NCBI GenBank assembly: GCA_003141835.1
Contig: PLNR01000005.1
Coordinates: 53,108 to 117,107 of the forward strand
DNA length: 64,000 nt
DNA from: Candidatus Omnitrophota bacterium
Lineage (GTDB): Bacteria; Omnitrophota; Gorgyraeia; Pluralincolimonadales; Pluralincolimonadaceae
Reading direction: 5' to 3'
This document shows positions 47,235 through 55,756 of this stretch, one piece after another. Under the pieces are notes generated by a model. The model saw only the letters and a program-made list of their open reading frames with translations. It made no database searches and had not been told where the DNA came from. How positions within the stretch are numbered: position 1 is the first letter of the stretch; each line of letters begins with the position of its first letter. The position numbers and the translations under genes were made by a program.

Positions 47235-47855
47235 ATGAAGAAGTTGGCAATTCTGTTGGTGCTTTTGGCGATGGTAGGCTGCGCCGCGGGCCGTTCATAC
47301 GCGGCTGATACTACCGCGACTTCCGCCGTTAACACGGGGTTCAAGAGATTCAACGTCTATACAGACAGGTCGGTGCGCGATAACCATTACATACCTTCGG
47401 GCTGGATGGGCGATTACGGCGACATAAAGATCGATGCCGGGTGCAAAGATAATCCGCATAGCGGGACGACATCCATCAAGATCGTATACTCGGCCGAGCA
47501 GAAACAGGGCGCGGGCTGGTGCGGCATATTCTGGCAGAACCCTGCGAATAACTGGGGCACTAAGCAGGGCGGATTTGACCTGACAGGCGCCAAGAAACTT
47601 ACATTCTGGGCGCGCGGCGAACGCGGCGGAGAAGTGCTGGCCGAGGTCAAGGTAGGCGGCATCACCGGTGAATACTCGGATTCGGATTCTGCCTCCATAG
47701 GGCCTATAACCCTTACACGCGACTGGAAGGAATACACGATAGACTTGGCCGGGAAGAACCTTTCGTACATCTCAGGCGGTTTCTGCTGGTCGGCAAGCGC
47801 CGCAGATAACCCGAACGGGTTTACTATCTACTTAGATGAAATCTATTACGAGTAA
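47235..47855 (+). CDS. secreted putative carbohydrate-binding protein, tandem paralog 3 of 3
   Basis: Same family. Variant Cys in DAGCKDNPHSGTT and CGIFWQNP. Ends 8 nt before the next gene. Confidence 0.55.
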   Translation: MKKLAILLVLLAMVGCAAGRSYAADTTATSAVNTGFKRFNVYTDRSVRDNHYIPSGWMGDYGDIKIDAGCKDNPHSGTTSIKIVYSAEQKQGAGWCGIFWQNPANNWGTKQGGFDLTGAKKLTFWARGERGGEVLAEVKVGGITGEYSDSDSASIGPITLTRDWKEYTIDLAGKNLSYISGGFCWSASAADNPNGFTIYLDEIYYE

Positions 47856-47862
47856 ATAAAAT

Positions 47863-49236
47863 ATGGACCATCACACGAACCACCATCCCGGGCATCACGA
47901 GACGCATCATGTGGGCCATCACGAGATCCATCATGCGGGCGGCCGGCGCAGGAAGAGACGCTACCTTGTAGTCCTGCTGGCGCTCCTGCTCCTGGGCTTC
48001 TTCGTCGGCGGGTCATTCCTCCTGAACTTCATTTCGCATAAGGCCGCGGTTAAGAAGAATAAGGTCGTCCTGGAGAGGCTGCTGAAAAACGGCCATTACA
48101 GGCTTTTGGTCGGCGGCGAACCGTATCTTATCACGGGTGTATGCTACCAGCCTGTACCTCCGGGGAATGACTATAACTACAATTGGTGGGGAGACCCGGC
48201 GAAGCCGTGGCTGGTCGACGGGCAGCTCATGAAGGATGCAGGGATCAATACGGTCCGTATCTACCAGCCGGGCGAGAACCCGAAAGAGGTCAAGCAGGTG
48301 ATAAGCGACCTTTTCCAGAAGTTCGGCGTGCGCACTATCCTCGGCCACAACCTCGGGATATATGATATCCCGCCGCCTAATTATACCGATGAAGGTTACA
48401 GGCAGCTGCTGAAGGAACAGGTGTTGAGTATAGTCAAGACCTACAAGGATGAACCCGGGATATTGATGTGGGTGCTTGGCAACGAGAACGATTATAGTTT
48501 TGACGACACGATCGCGGCCTGGGGTTCTGCCGAGCTCGATGCGATAGCCGATCCGAAAGAGAGGGCGAACGCCAAGGCGAAGATATATTATTCTTTCGTG
48601 AACGATATCGCCAGGGATCTTAAGAAGATAGACCCGAACCACCCGGTCGCGATGGGGAACGGCGAAGTATTCTATCTTGATATCGCAAAGCCGTTGACGC
48701 CGGATGTGGACATACTCGGGCTTATCTCTTACCGGGGCATAAGTTTCGGCAATACATGGGAACAGGTGGATAAGCGTATCGGAAAACCCGTAGTGTTGAT
48801 CGAATTCGGCTGCGACAGGTTCAACTCCCTCACGAAAAAGGAAGACGAGGACGACCAGGTCAAGTTCCTCATATCCCAGTGGAAGGAGATGCTCCGCAAT
48901 ACCTACGATATGACCGGCAGGGGGACGGTGCTGGGAGGATGCATATTCGAGTGGAACGATGAATGGTGGAAGCATGACCCGGCCAATCCCGCCGGCTGGT
49001 TTGTCCAGGACGAGGCCGCCGGCTGGACGAATGGTTCCTATTATTTCGATATCGAGGCCGAAGGCCATATGAACATGAACGAGGAATGGTACGGCATCGT
49101 GGGGATGAGCCTCGAGAAAGAAGATAACGGCGTCAACAAGAGGATTCCCAAAAAGGCGTATTATGCCCTTAAGGAATTATGGTCGAAGGGCCGCGCGGCA
49201 GTCGGGCCGCCGAGGGTGGGCAAGAAGCCTAACTGA
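47863..49236 (+). CDS. membrane-anchored clan GH-A glycoside hydrolase with His-rich cytoplasmic N-terminus
   Basis: MDHHTNHHPGHHETHHVGHHEIHHAGG then RRRKRR and a TM helix. Catalytic core WVLGNENDYS / VLIEFGCDRF parallels 43929..45884. Confidence 0.6.
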   Translation: MDHHTNHHPGHHETHHVGHHEIHHAGGRRRKRRYLVVLLALLLLGFFVGGSFLLNFISHKAAVKKNKVVLERLLKNGHYRLLVGGEPYLITGVCYQPVPPGNDYNYNWWGDPAKPWLVDGQLMKDAGINTVRIYQPGENPKEVKQVISDLFQKFGVRTILGHNLGIYDIPPPNYTDEGYRQLLKEQVLSIVKTYKDEPGILMWVLGNENDYSFDDTIAAWGSAELDAIADPKERANAKAKIYYSFVNDIARDLKKIDPNHPVAMGNGEVFYLDIAKPLTPDVDILGLISYRGISFGNTWEQVDKRIGKPVVLIEFGCDRFNSLTKKEDEDDQVKFLISQWKEMLRNTYDMTGRGTVLGGCIFEWNDEWWKHDPANPAGWFVQDEAAGWTNGSYYFDIEAEGHMNMNEEWYGIVGMSLEKEDNGVNKRIPKKAYYALKELWSKGRAAVGPPRVGKKPN

Positions 49237-49237
49237 T

Positions 49238-49271
49238 CCCTTAACGGATTTAAGGGACAACTAGTCCCTTA
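49238..49271. terminator. bidirectional terminator: two overlapping hairpins between convergent genes
   Basis: CCCTTAA cggat TTAAGGG (49238-49256) and TAAGGGAC aact GTCCCTTA (49251-49271). Sits at the junction of the + glycosidase and the - HAMP gene. Confidence 0.5.
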
Positions 49272-50430
49272 GGTGGGCGTCCGCGTATTGCGCGATCATC
49301 TCCGCGACTTTGGTGGGCGGGGTGACCGAGAAGTAATGGTCCACGACGCAATGCGCTATCTCGTGGGCGAGGACGTTGGCCGAGAGTTTCTCTTCGCTTG
49401 CGAAGAGCGTGTTTATCTTGAAGACGTAATAAGCTATGAACTTGTTATCCTGGCTGAATATTTCCACGTATATCCTGTTAAGGTCATCCTGCCCCTTGTA
49501 GATCCTGACGTTTAAGTGAAGGTCATTCGGCCTCATATCCAGTATCTCCTGCACCTTTGAAAATATCAGGTCGAATTTGTAGGCGATCTCATCCTTCGCG
49601 TCATTTCCGGCGCGCGCCGGTTTTTCCGTAAGGCCGTAATCTATCTTGTATGTGTCTATCCTGTCGTTTACCGACGAGAGGTCGACGCCGTCCTTGAAGA
49701 AGACGTTGCAATAGGTGCTGTTTACGCTCGTCCAGTCGCTGCCGTCGGAGAACCGGTCGTCGGAAACGACGGCCGCCGACGCAGCCGACGCGGTGAATAG
49801 CAGGATGAACAAAAATACCGGCGATACCTTGAAATAAGAGAGGCTGTTCTTTACCTGCCCGATCTTTTTCTCCATCTCCGCTATCTTCTTGTCTATCTCA
49901 CCTCCGGGTGCTTCCTTCGACCGCAGCAGTGACCTTATCCCTTTGACCTCTTCTTCCAGTTCATTTATTTTGGCTTGTGAAGAGGAGAGCGGGTTTTTTA
50001 TGTTCCGGACCATGGCGTTGATCACGTCGCTTAAACCCTTGAACTCGTCGTGCTGCCTTAAATGCACTTCCATGGTCAAGTTGCCCTTGCCTATCTCAGT
50101 GACGTCTTTTTCCAGGCGATATATAGGACCGTAGATGCGGTGGGATATGAAAAGGAGCACCGCTATGGTCGCGAGGCTCACGAGGACTATCGCTATTACG
50201 CCGCTTGAGGCCAAAACCGGCAGTATATAGTCGGCCGTGCTCTTTACTACAAGCCTCAGGCCCTCGAAACTTGTAGTTACGGTCTTTTTTGTCAGAAGGA
50301 GGGAGATCGAGCTCATTATCAGGCACGCCAATATAAGGAGGAGGCAGAACTTAAGTATGAAACTCGCCTGGAATTTTTTCTTTATGAAATAATTCCTTCT
50401 CCTATTCCTCTGATCCGGGGCGTTTGTCAT
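49261..50430 (-). CDS. membrane protein: TM-TM-HAMP-coiled coil-TM plus extracytoplasmic HExxH (zincin-like) domain
   Basis: HAMP region IYGPIYRLEKDVTEIGKGNLTMEV. A third hydrophobic segment looks like an internal signal/anchor (VSPVFLFILLFTASAASA). C-terminal AHEIAHCVVDHYF HExxH motif. Confidence 0.5.
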   Translation of the reverse strand: MTNAPDQRNRRRNYFIKKKFQASFILKFCLLLILACLIMSSISLLLTKKTVTTSFEGLRLVVKSTADYILPVLASSGVIAIVLVSLATIAVLLFISHRIYGPIYRLEKDVTEIGKGNLTMEVHLRQHDEFKGLSDVINAMVRNIKNPLSSSQAKINELEEEVKGIRSLLRSKEAPGGEIDKKIAEMEKKIGQVKNSLSYFKVSPVFLFILLFTASAASAAVVSDDRFSDGSDWTSVNSTYCNVFFKDGVDLSSVNDRIDTYKIDYGLTEKPARAGNDAKDEIAYKFDLIFSKVQEILDMRPNDLHLNVRIYKGQDDLNRIYVEIFSQDNKFIAYYVFKINTLFASEEKLSANVLAHEIAHCVVDHYFSVTPPTKVAEMIAQYADAHLRD

Positions 50431-50936
50431 TTTAACTCGATCTTATTAAGGGCTTCCCTGTTGATCTCGATCTTCGTATTCTTCTCGAGGCCGGCTATCC
50501 ACGCCTTGATCATCCCGCTCGCCTTTTTGCCGCGGTCTTTTTCCGCCTCGGGGATCAACAAGAGGACCTCGGCGGATTTCTTGCTCAAAAGCGAACGCAG
50601 GAGGCTCTGTTCCCAGAACCGCTCGATCATCTTCATGAATTCAGGTTCCCTGTCCATGCCCTGGCGCCTGGCCTCCATGAGCAAGACTTTCTTCTCTATC
50701 ACGTCGTTTATGAACTGTTCTTTCGGGACTTTGTTGCGGTATTCGGGAGGGTAGAGCGATAATTCCGAGAGGAGATCCTCCTTATATAAGGAATAATCGC
50801 CTATTTTAGCGATAACCTCTTTTTTAGGCCCTTTTTCCCCGCATCCGGCCGCGGAAAACACGGAAACCGCGATAAGGATAAAGGATATGAAATATCTCAC
50901 ATCCGCTATTATAAGGGCTTTACTTCCTTTTTGCAA
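50427..50936 (-). CDS. lipoprotein with SurA-N-like chaperone domain
   Basis: Lipobox AAGC after the signal helix. Pattern KIGDYSLYKEDLLSEL...KKVLLMEARRQG resembles the SurA/PpiD N-terminal domain. Operon with the HAMP gene (4-nt overlap). Confidence 0.4.
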   Translation of the reverse strand: MQKGSKALIIADVRYFISFILIAVSVFSAAGCGEKGPKKEVIAKIGDYSLYKEDLLSELSLYPPEYRNKVPKEQFINDVIEKKVLLMEARRQGMDREPEFMKMIERFWEQSLLRSLLSKKSAEVLLLIPEAEKDRGKKASGMIKAWIAGLEKNTKIEINREALNKIELK

Positions 50937-50953
50937 TATGTTAATTTAGTACT

Positions 50954-51730
50954 ATGAAATTTCCCGTTTTTTTGGCGATTTTTCCCGTCCTCCTTTGCTC
51001 GGTGCCGGTTTACGCTGAATATAACACCGTCACGAACAGGGATGAGCCGGTCCGCATGTCCACCGAACAGGAGGTGGCCATAGGCGATAATGTCGCCAAG
51101 CAGATCGAAAAAGCTTACAAACTCGTCCAGGACAAGCATATGGAGGAGCGGGTGGAGCTTATAGGCAACAACCTGGCAAAGGTCTGCGACCGCAAAGAGC
51201 TCATCTACCATTTCAAGGTGCTGGATATTGACGACATAAACGCGGTCTCCCTGCCCGGCGGCTGGGTCTATGTCTTCAAGGGCCTGGTCGAGAAGTGCAA
51301 GAACGACGATGAGCTGGCTGGGGTAATTGCCCATGAAATCGGGCACATCTGCGCGCGGCACTCCGCCAAACAACAGGAAACAAGTTCTATAATGACCGCC
51401 ATTATGATAGCCGCAGCGTTGGGCACAGGGGGGCAAGGCGCCCAGGCGACCAATCTCGCCCTCACGTCCCTCATGGCGGCCTATTCGAGGGAGGATGAGT
51501 TCGAGGCCGACAGGCGGGCGGTCATATACACCAAAAAGGCCGGTTACGACTCGTACGCCCTGATAACTTTTATGCAGACGATGCACGAGGCCGAGAGGGA
51601 TAGGATAAGGCCCTACACTTACTTCAGGTCCCACCCTTACGAAGGGGAGAGGATCGGAAATATCAACCGCGAGATAAACGGCGTCAGGGATTTCAACGGC
51701 TGGATAAACAAGCCGATTGATAAAGATTAG
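50954..51730 (+). CDS. M48-family zinc metallopeptidase
   Basis: Signal peptide, HEIGHICARH (HExxH) and downstream EFEADRRA glutamate motif. Confidence 0.8.
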   Translation: MKFPVFLAIFPVLLCSVPVYAEYNTVTNRDEPVRMSTEQEVAIGDNVAKQIEKAYKLVQDKHMEERVELIGNNLAKVCDRKELIYHFKVLDIDDINAVSLPGGWVYVFKGLVEKCKNDDELAGVIAHEIGHICARHSAKQQETSSIMTAIMIAAALGTGGQGAQATNLALTSLMAAYSREDEFEADRRAVIYTKKAGYDSYALITFMQTMHEAERDRIRPYTYFRSHPYEGERIGNINREINGVRDFNGWINKPIDKD

Positions 51731-51751
51731 TGATAATATTAGGAGGGTGAT

Positions 51752-52579
51752 ATGAAGGCAAGATTTCTTTTTTCAGCGACCATTCTGTGTTTGGTTTTTC
51801 TCCCGGTTAGTAACGCATATTCTGCGGACAAGCCGCAGCAGAAACCCGCGGTCCGCATCCCGAAAGCGGAAAAGCCCGTCTTGATAGACGGGAACCTGGA
51901 TGAGTACCCCGCGTACGCCATAAGGATGGATAATGAGTCCTTCGAAAGGCTCCAGTATTTCGAATACGGCGGAAAGAATGACATCAGCGCGGATATATAT
52001 CTCCTATGGGACGATGAAAACCTCTACGTCGCGGCCAGGGTGACCGATGATGTCCCGTTCGATAACAACAAAGAAGGGCCTGACATCTGGGACGGCGACT
52101 CGCTTGAGGTCCTCCTGGGGATGGACGGGAAGGCGGATCCCGCGAGGATCTATTTCGGAAAGGGCGATTACCAGATAGGGTTAAGCCCGGGCAACAACAA
52201 GGATATCAAGCCGGGCGAGTGGGTCTGGCGGCGCGATGATTATAAAGGCGGTATTGAGGTTGCGGCGAAGCCGTGGTCAAAAGGATATACGATCGAAGCC
52301 AAAATACCTTTTAAGGTGTTGGGAGGTTTCACCCCGGCGCTCGGTAAGAAGTTCGATTTCGATATAGCTGTCGATGACAGCGACAAAGGCAAAAGGAAAG
52401 AGCAATTAGCGTGGACCGGGACGAAAGAGTTCTATTCAGACCCGAGCCAGTGGGGGACGGCGGTCCTCGCCGCGCCGCAGGCCGCATTTACGCTCTCTTA
52501 TGCCGGCATCATAGGCATAATTATCGCCGTTACGGCTATCGTGGTCTTTATGACTTTCACCGTCCATAAGCCTAAATAG
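51752..52579 (+). CDS. CBM9-like (DOMON-type) carbohydrate-binding protein with C-terminal TM anchor
   Basis: Signal peptide. DGNLDEYPAYAIRMDNE....IYLLWDDENLYVAARVTDD signature of family 9 CBM. C-terminal hydrophobic helix. Confidence 0.55.
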   Translation: MKARFLFSATILCLVFLPVSNAYSADKPQQKPAVRIPKAEKPVLIDGNLDEYPAYAIRMDNESFERLQYFEYGGKNDISADIYLLWDDENLYVAARVTDDVPFDNNKEGPDIWDGDSLEVLLGMDGKADPARIYFGKGDYQIGLSPGNNKDIKPGEWVWRRDDYKGGIEVAAKPWSKGYTIEAKIPFKVLGGFTPALGKKFDFDIAVDDSDKGKRKEQLAWTGTKEFYSDPSQWGTAVLAAPQAAFTLSYAGIIGIIIAVTAIVVFMTFTVHKPK

Positions 52580-52632
52580 CCATTGAAAAAGCCCGTTAAT
52601 ATTGATAAAATCATCACATCGGAGGACTTCCT

Positions 52633-52791
52633 ATGAAATGCGACACATGCGGACGCGACGTGCCCGAGGTAAGAAGGGTGGTAGTCGCCCCTGGATACGA
52701 CAGGGCGCTGGCCAAGCCGGTCTACAATTGCCCGGAATGCTACGAGAAGAAAGAGAAAGCCAAGAAGTACAACACCCCGGAAAATAAATAG
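52633..52791 (+). CDS. 52-aa zinc-ribbon protein (below the ORF-track size cut-off)
   Basis: GGAGG RBS 8 nt upstream of the ATG. MKCDTCGRDV...YNCPECYEKKEKAKKYNTPENK with two CxxC pairs. The overlapping 61-aa TTG ORF is Arg-rich low complexity. Confidence 0.45.
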   Translation: MKCDTCGRDVPEVRRVVVAPGYDRALAKPVYNCPECYEKKEKAKKYNTPENK

Positions 52792-52797
52792 CCTATC

Positions 52798-53412
52798 ATG
52801 CCCCAGAAGATAAAAGTACTGGATAACGGATATGTCGCGCTCGTCGATTCAATGGGCGGCGATAAGGCGGTAATAGAAGGCGCCCGCCGCTGCTACATGA
52901 GCGAGCCGCAGGGTGAGTCTGCGGACTCAAAGCTCATCCGCCACCTCATCACAAAAGACCACGGCACGCCGTTCGAGCATGCCTATTTCAGGTTCGACGT
53001 AAAATGCCCGATATTCGTCGCGCGCCAGTGGATCCGCCACCGCATCGGTACATACAACGAGATGTCGCTGCGCTATTGCCTGGCCAAGAGGGATTTCTAT
53101 ATACCGGAGGATCTCTCCGGTGAAACGCTGGAAAAATACAAAAAGACCATCAACGACGCCTTTGATGCCTATGAGGCGATCGTCGCTTCGGGAGTGAAAC
53201 GGGAACAAGCACGCGGCGTCCTGCCGCTTTCCCTTTACACGCTCTATTACTGGACCGTGAACGCCCGGTCGCTGATGAATTTCCTCAAGCTGCGCCTGGA
53301 CAAGGCCGCGCAGCCTGAGATCCGCGAATACGCGAAAGCGCTCCTGGAGATATTTAGGGAGACGATGCCGGTCACGGCTAAGGCCTTTGAAGAAAAGGTC
53401 ATGCCGAAATAA
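52798..53412 (+). CDS. thyX: FAD-dependent thymidylate synthase
   Basis: ThyX signature QWIRHRIGTYNEMSLRY (RHRxxxxxxxS). Confidence 0.9.
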   Translation: MPQKIKVLDNGYVALVDSMGGDKAVIEGARRCYMSEPQGESADSKLIRHLITKDHGTPFEHAYFRFDVKCPIFVARQWIRHRIGTYNEMSLRYCLAKRDFYIPEDLSGETLEKYKKTINDAFDAYEAIVASGVKREQARGVLPLSLYTLYYWTVNARSLMNFLKLRLDKAAQPEIREYAKALLEIFRETMPVTAKAFEEKVMPK

Positions 53413-53416
53413 GTAA

Positions 53417-54055
53417 ATGGGATCCTCAGACCTGGCCAGCCCATCCCCGGAACAATTGATAGAAGGGTGCATAAATAAAGACAAGCGTTCGTGGGACATC
53501 TTCGTCGAGCGTTATTCGAAAGTCGTATACTGGGCGATAAGGGACAGGCTGAAGCGTTTCGGGTACAGTTTCGAGGACGAGGACATAAATGACATCCACC
53601 AGGATGTCTTTATCGCTTTATGGGCCGACGGTAAGCTCGCGCAGCTCAAGGAGAGGGAGAAGGTCGCCGGATGGCTCGCGATGGTGGCAGGCAACGCGGC
53701 GATAGACTATTTCAGGAGGATGAAACGCCAGTCTCCTCCAAATTCGATATCGATATATGAAGAGATATACAAGAACGGCGACGGCGAGGCGAGGACCCTC
53801 GAAGATGTCCTGCCGTCCAAAGCCGCCGGGCCCGACGAACAGGCGCAATTAAACGACGCCCGCGAGGCCCTGGAATCGGCCATCGAGGATTTCAAGCCGA
53901 AGGAGAGGGCGGTCGTAAAACTCAACCTCCTGCACGGGATGAAGCATGAAGAGATAGCCGATATGCTCAATATCCCGGTAAATACCGTATCTACTACGAT
54001 AGCGCGGGCCAAGAAATACTTGAAAGAAAAACTAGAAGGAAAGCGTCTATTATAG
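53417..54055 (+). CDS. ECF-subfamily RNA polymerase sigma factor
   Basis: Region 2 (DINDIHQDVFIALW) and region 4 HTH (EEIADMLNIPVNTVSTTIARAKKYLKE). Confidence 0.85.
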   Translation: MGSSDLASPSPEQLIEGCINKDKRSWDIFVERYSKVVYWAIRDRLKRFGYSFEDEDINDIHQDVFIALWADGKLAQLKEREKVAGWLAMVAGNAAIDYFRRMKRQSPPNSISIYEEIYKNGDGEARTLEDVLPSKAAGPDEQAQLNDAREALESAIEDFKPKERAVVKLNLLHGMKHEEIADMLNIPVNTVSTTIARAKKYLKEKLEGKRLL

Positions 54056-54056
54056 T

Positions 54057-54539
54057 ATGGAAAAGAACATGACGAAATTACATGATGCTACGGCGCTAAA
54101 ATGTCCGGATGAGGCCGCGCTGGCCGCCTTCCTCGGCGGCAAGCTCAAGGAGGCTGATGCCCGCGCCATCGAAGGCCATATAGCCGGCTGTCCCGCATGC
54201 CTGGAGAACGTAAGGGCCGGTTACCTGGGCGAGAGATTGCATGACGGGGGAGGCCTGCCGGCATCGGATACGGAAATAATACGAAAGGCGAAAGGCATAG
54301 CGAAGATGGATCCCAGAAAGAAGAATATCCGGACAAACCTGTGGCTGGCCGCGACAGCGGCGGCGTTCCTGTTGTCATTTATCGCGCCGAAATTTTTCGC
54401 GCAATTCCTGGTCGCGTCGCTGATACTCGGGCTCAAATGGGTCTCGGAGAGCGAGAGTGTCCGCACCCTGATCGTAGCGATGGACGCGAAACGCCGGCAT
54501 GAAAATAAGGAAGAAGAGATATCTAAATGGAGACGGTGA
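54057..54539 (+). CDS. zinc-finger (HxxxCxxC) anti-sigma factor with TM segment
   Basis: HIAGCPAC ZAS-type motif in the N-terminal domain, central TM helix. Immediately downstream of the ECF sigma. Confidence 0.65.
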   Translation: MEKNMTKLHDATALKCPDEAALAAFLGGKLKEADARAIEGHIAGCPACLENVRAGYLGERLHDGGGLPASDTEIIRKAKGIAKMDPRKKNIRTNLWLAATAAAFLLSFIAPKFFAQFLVASLILGLKWVSESESVRTLIVAMDAKRRHENKEEEISKWRR

Positions 54540-55756
54540 CAGTAAATCACAGGAAAGCCGCTTTCCACCTGATAATCATATTCGGGCTGGTCAGCCTATT
54601 CGGCGACATCGTCTATGAGGGCGCGCGCAGCGTCAACGGCCCGTACCTAAAGACATTGGGCGTCAGCGCTGCCGTGGTCGGGTTTATCGCCGGGCTCGGC
54701 GAGTTCATAGGTTACGCGATACGTTTGGTTTCCGGTTATTTCGCCGACAAGACAAAGGCATATTGGGTCTTCACTTTCCTGGGATACGGGATGCTCATTT
54801 CTGTCCCGCTGCTTTCCCTGACCGGCGTTTGGCAGGTCGCGGCGCTTTTCATAGTAATGGAAAGGTTCGGTAAGGCGCTTAGGGCGCCGGCAAGGGACAC
54901 AATAGTCTCCCAGGCGTCCAAGCAGGTCGGAACAGGCTTAGGGTTCGCGATATCAGAGGTCATGGACCAGGTCGGGGCTTTGACCGGCCCGCTCATCCTC
55001 AGCGGGCTTTTTCTGGTCATGGGCACGTCCGGAAATGAGATAGCCAAATACCAGAAAGGTTACAGCCTCTTCTGGATACCGTTCATCCTCGTAATGGCCT
55101 GTGTCACGTTCGCGTTCATAAAGGTCCCGAACCCGGAAAAACTGGAGATGGCGGTAAAGAAAGCCCCGGAACCGGACAAATTATCGAAGACCTTCTGGCT
55201 TTATACAGTTTTTTCTTTTATTACTACCATGGGTTTCGTGAATTTCGCGCTTATAGGTTATCACTTCAAGGCCAAGAACGTCCTCTCAGACGCCCAGATA
55301 CCGCTTTTTTACGCCGTCGCGATGGCCGTAGACGGTGTCGCCGCCTGGTTCATCGGCATCCGTTACGACCGGCTAAAAAAGAGGCACGATAACGAGAGGG
55401 CCGGCCTCGGCGCGCTGCTGATGATCCCGCTTTTTTCGGTCTTCATACCCGTCTTTGCTTTTTCCATGAATTTTACATTCGCCTTGATAAGCGCTATTAT
55501 CTGGGGTATAGTTATGGGCATACATGAGACGATCATGAAATCGGCTATCGCAGACCTTACCCCGATGAAGAAGAGGGGGACGGGATACGGGATATTCAAT
55601 ACGGCTTACGGGCTCGCGATGTTCGTAGGCAGCGCGGCGATGGGTGTGCTCTACGACCATTCCATTGCGGCGGTAATAGCGGTTGCAGTCGTCTTACAGT
55701 TGCTTGCGATACCTGTTTTCTTTTTGATGAAGAAGGAAGCTTATGGGACCCGATAA
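54527..55756 (+). CDS. MFS transporter
   Basis: 12 predicted TM helices with MFS-like loop motifs (GKALRAPARDTIVSQ). Confidence 0.75.
   Translation: METVTVNHRKAAFHLIIIFGLVSLFGDIVYEGARSVNGPYLKTLGVSAAVVGFIAGLGEFIGYAIRLVSGYFADKTKAYWVFTFLGYGMLISVPLLSLTGVWQVAALFIVMERFGKALRAPARDTIVSQASKQVGTGLGFAISEVMDQVGALTGPLILSGLFLVMGTSGNEIAKYQKGYSLFWIPFILVMACVTFAFIKVPNPEKLEMAVKKAPEPDKLSKTFWLYTVFSFITTMGFVNFALIGYHFKAKNVLSDAQIPLFYAVAMAVDGVAAWFIGIRYDRLKKRHDNERAGLGALLMIPLFSVFIPVFAFSMNFTFALISAIIWGIVMGIHETIMKSAIADLTPMKKRGTGYGIFNTAYGLAMFVGSAAMGVLYDHSIAAVIAVAVVLQLLAIPVFFLMKKEAYGTR

Noticed and set aside
46557-47240. Recurrence of the heptamer ACGTTAG at gene junctions (46558, 46626) and inside the islet repeats
   Set aside because: A 7-mer is expected about 8 times by chance in 64 kb on two strands, so this is not significant.
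48013-49068. 351-aa minus-strand ORF (also 44928-45563, 21388-22047, 29253-30239 and similar long antisense ORFs)
   Set aside because: They are Arg/Leu/Pro-rich with no motifs and lie antisense to + strand genes that have clear family signatures and paralog support. This is the usual antisense-ORF artefact of GC-rich coding DNA.
52602-52787. 61-aa TTG-initiated ORF from the six-frame track
   Set aside because: Arg/Gly-rich low complexity. The alternative frame at 52633-52791 has an RBS and a two-CxxC zinc ribbon, so the track ORF is likely spurious.
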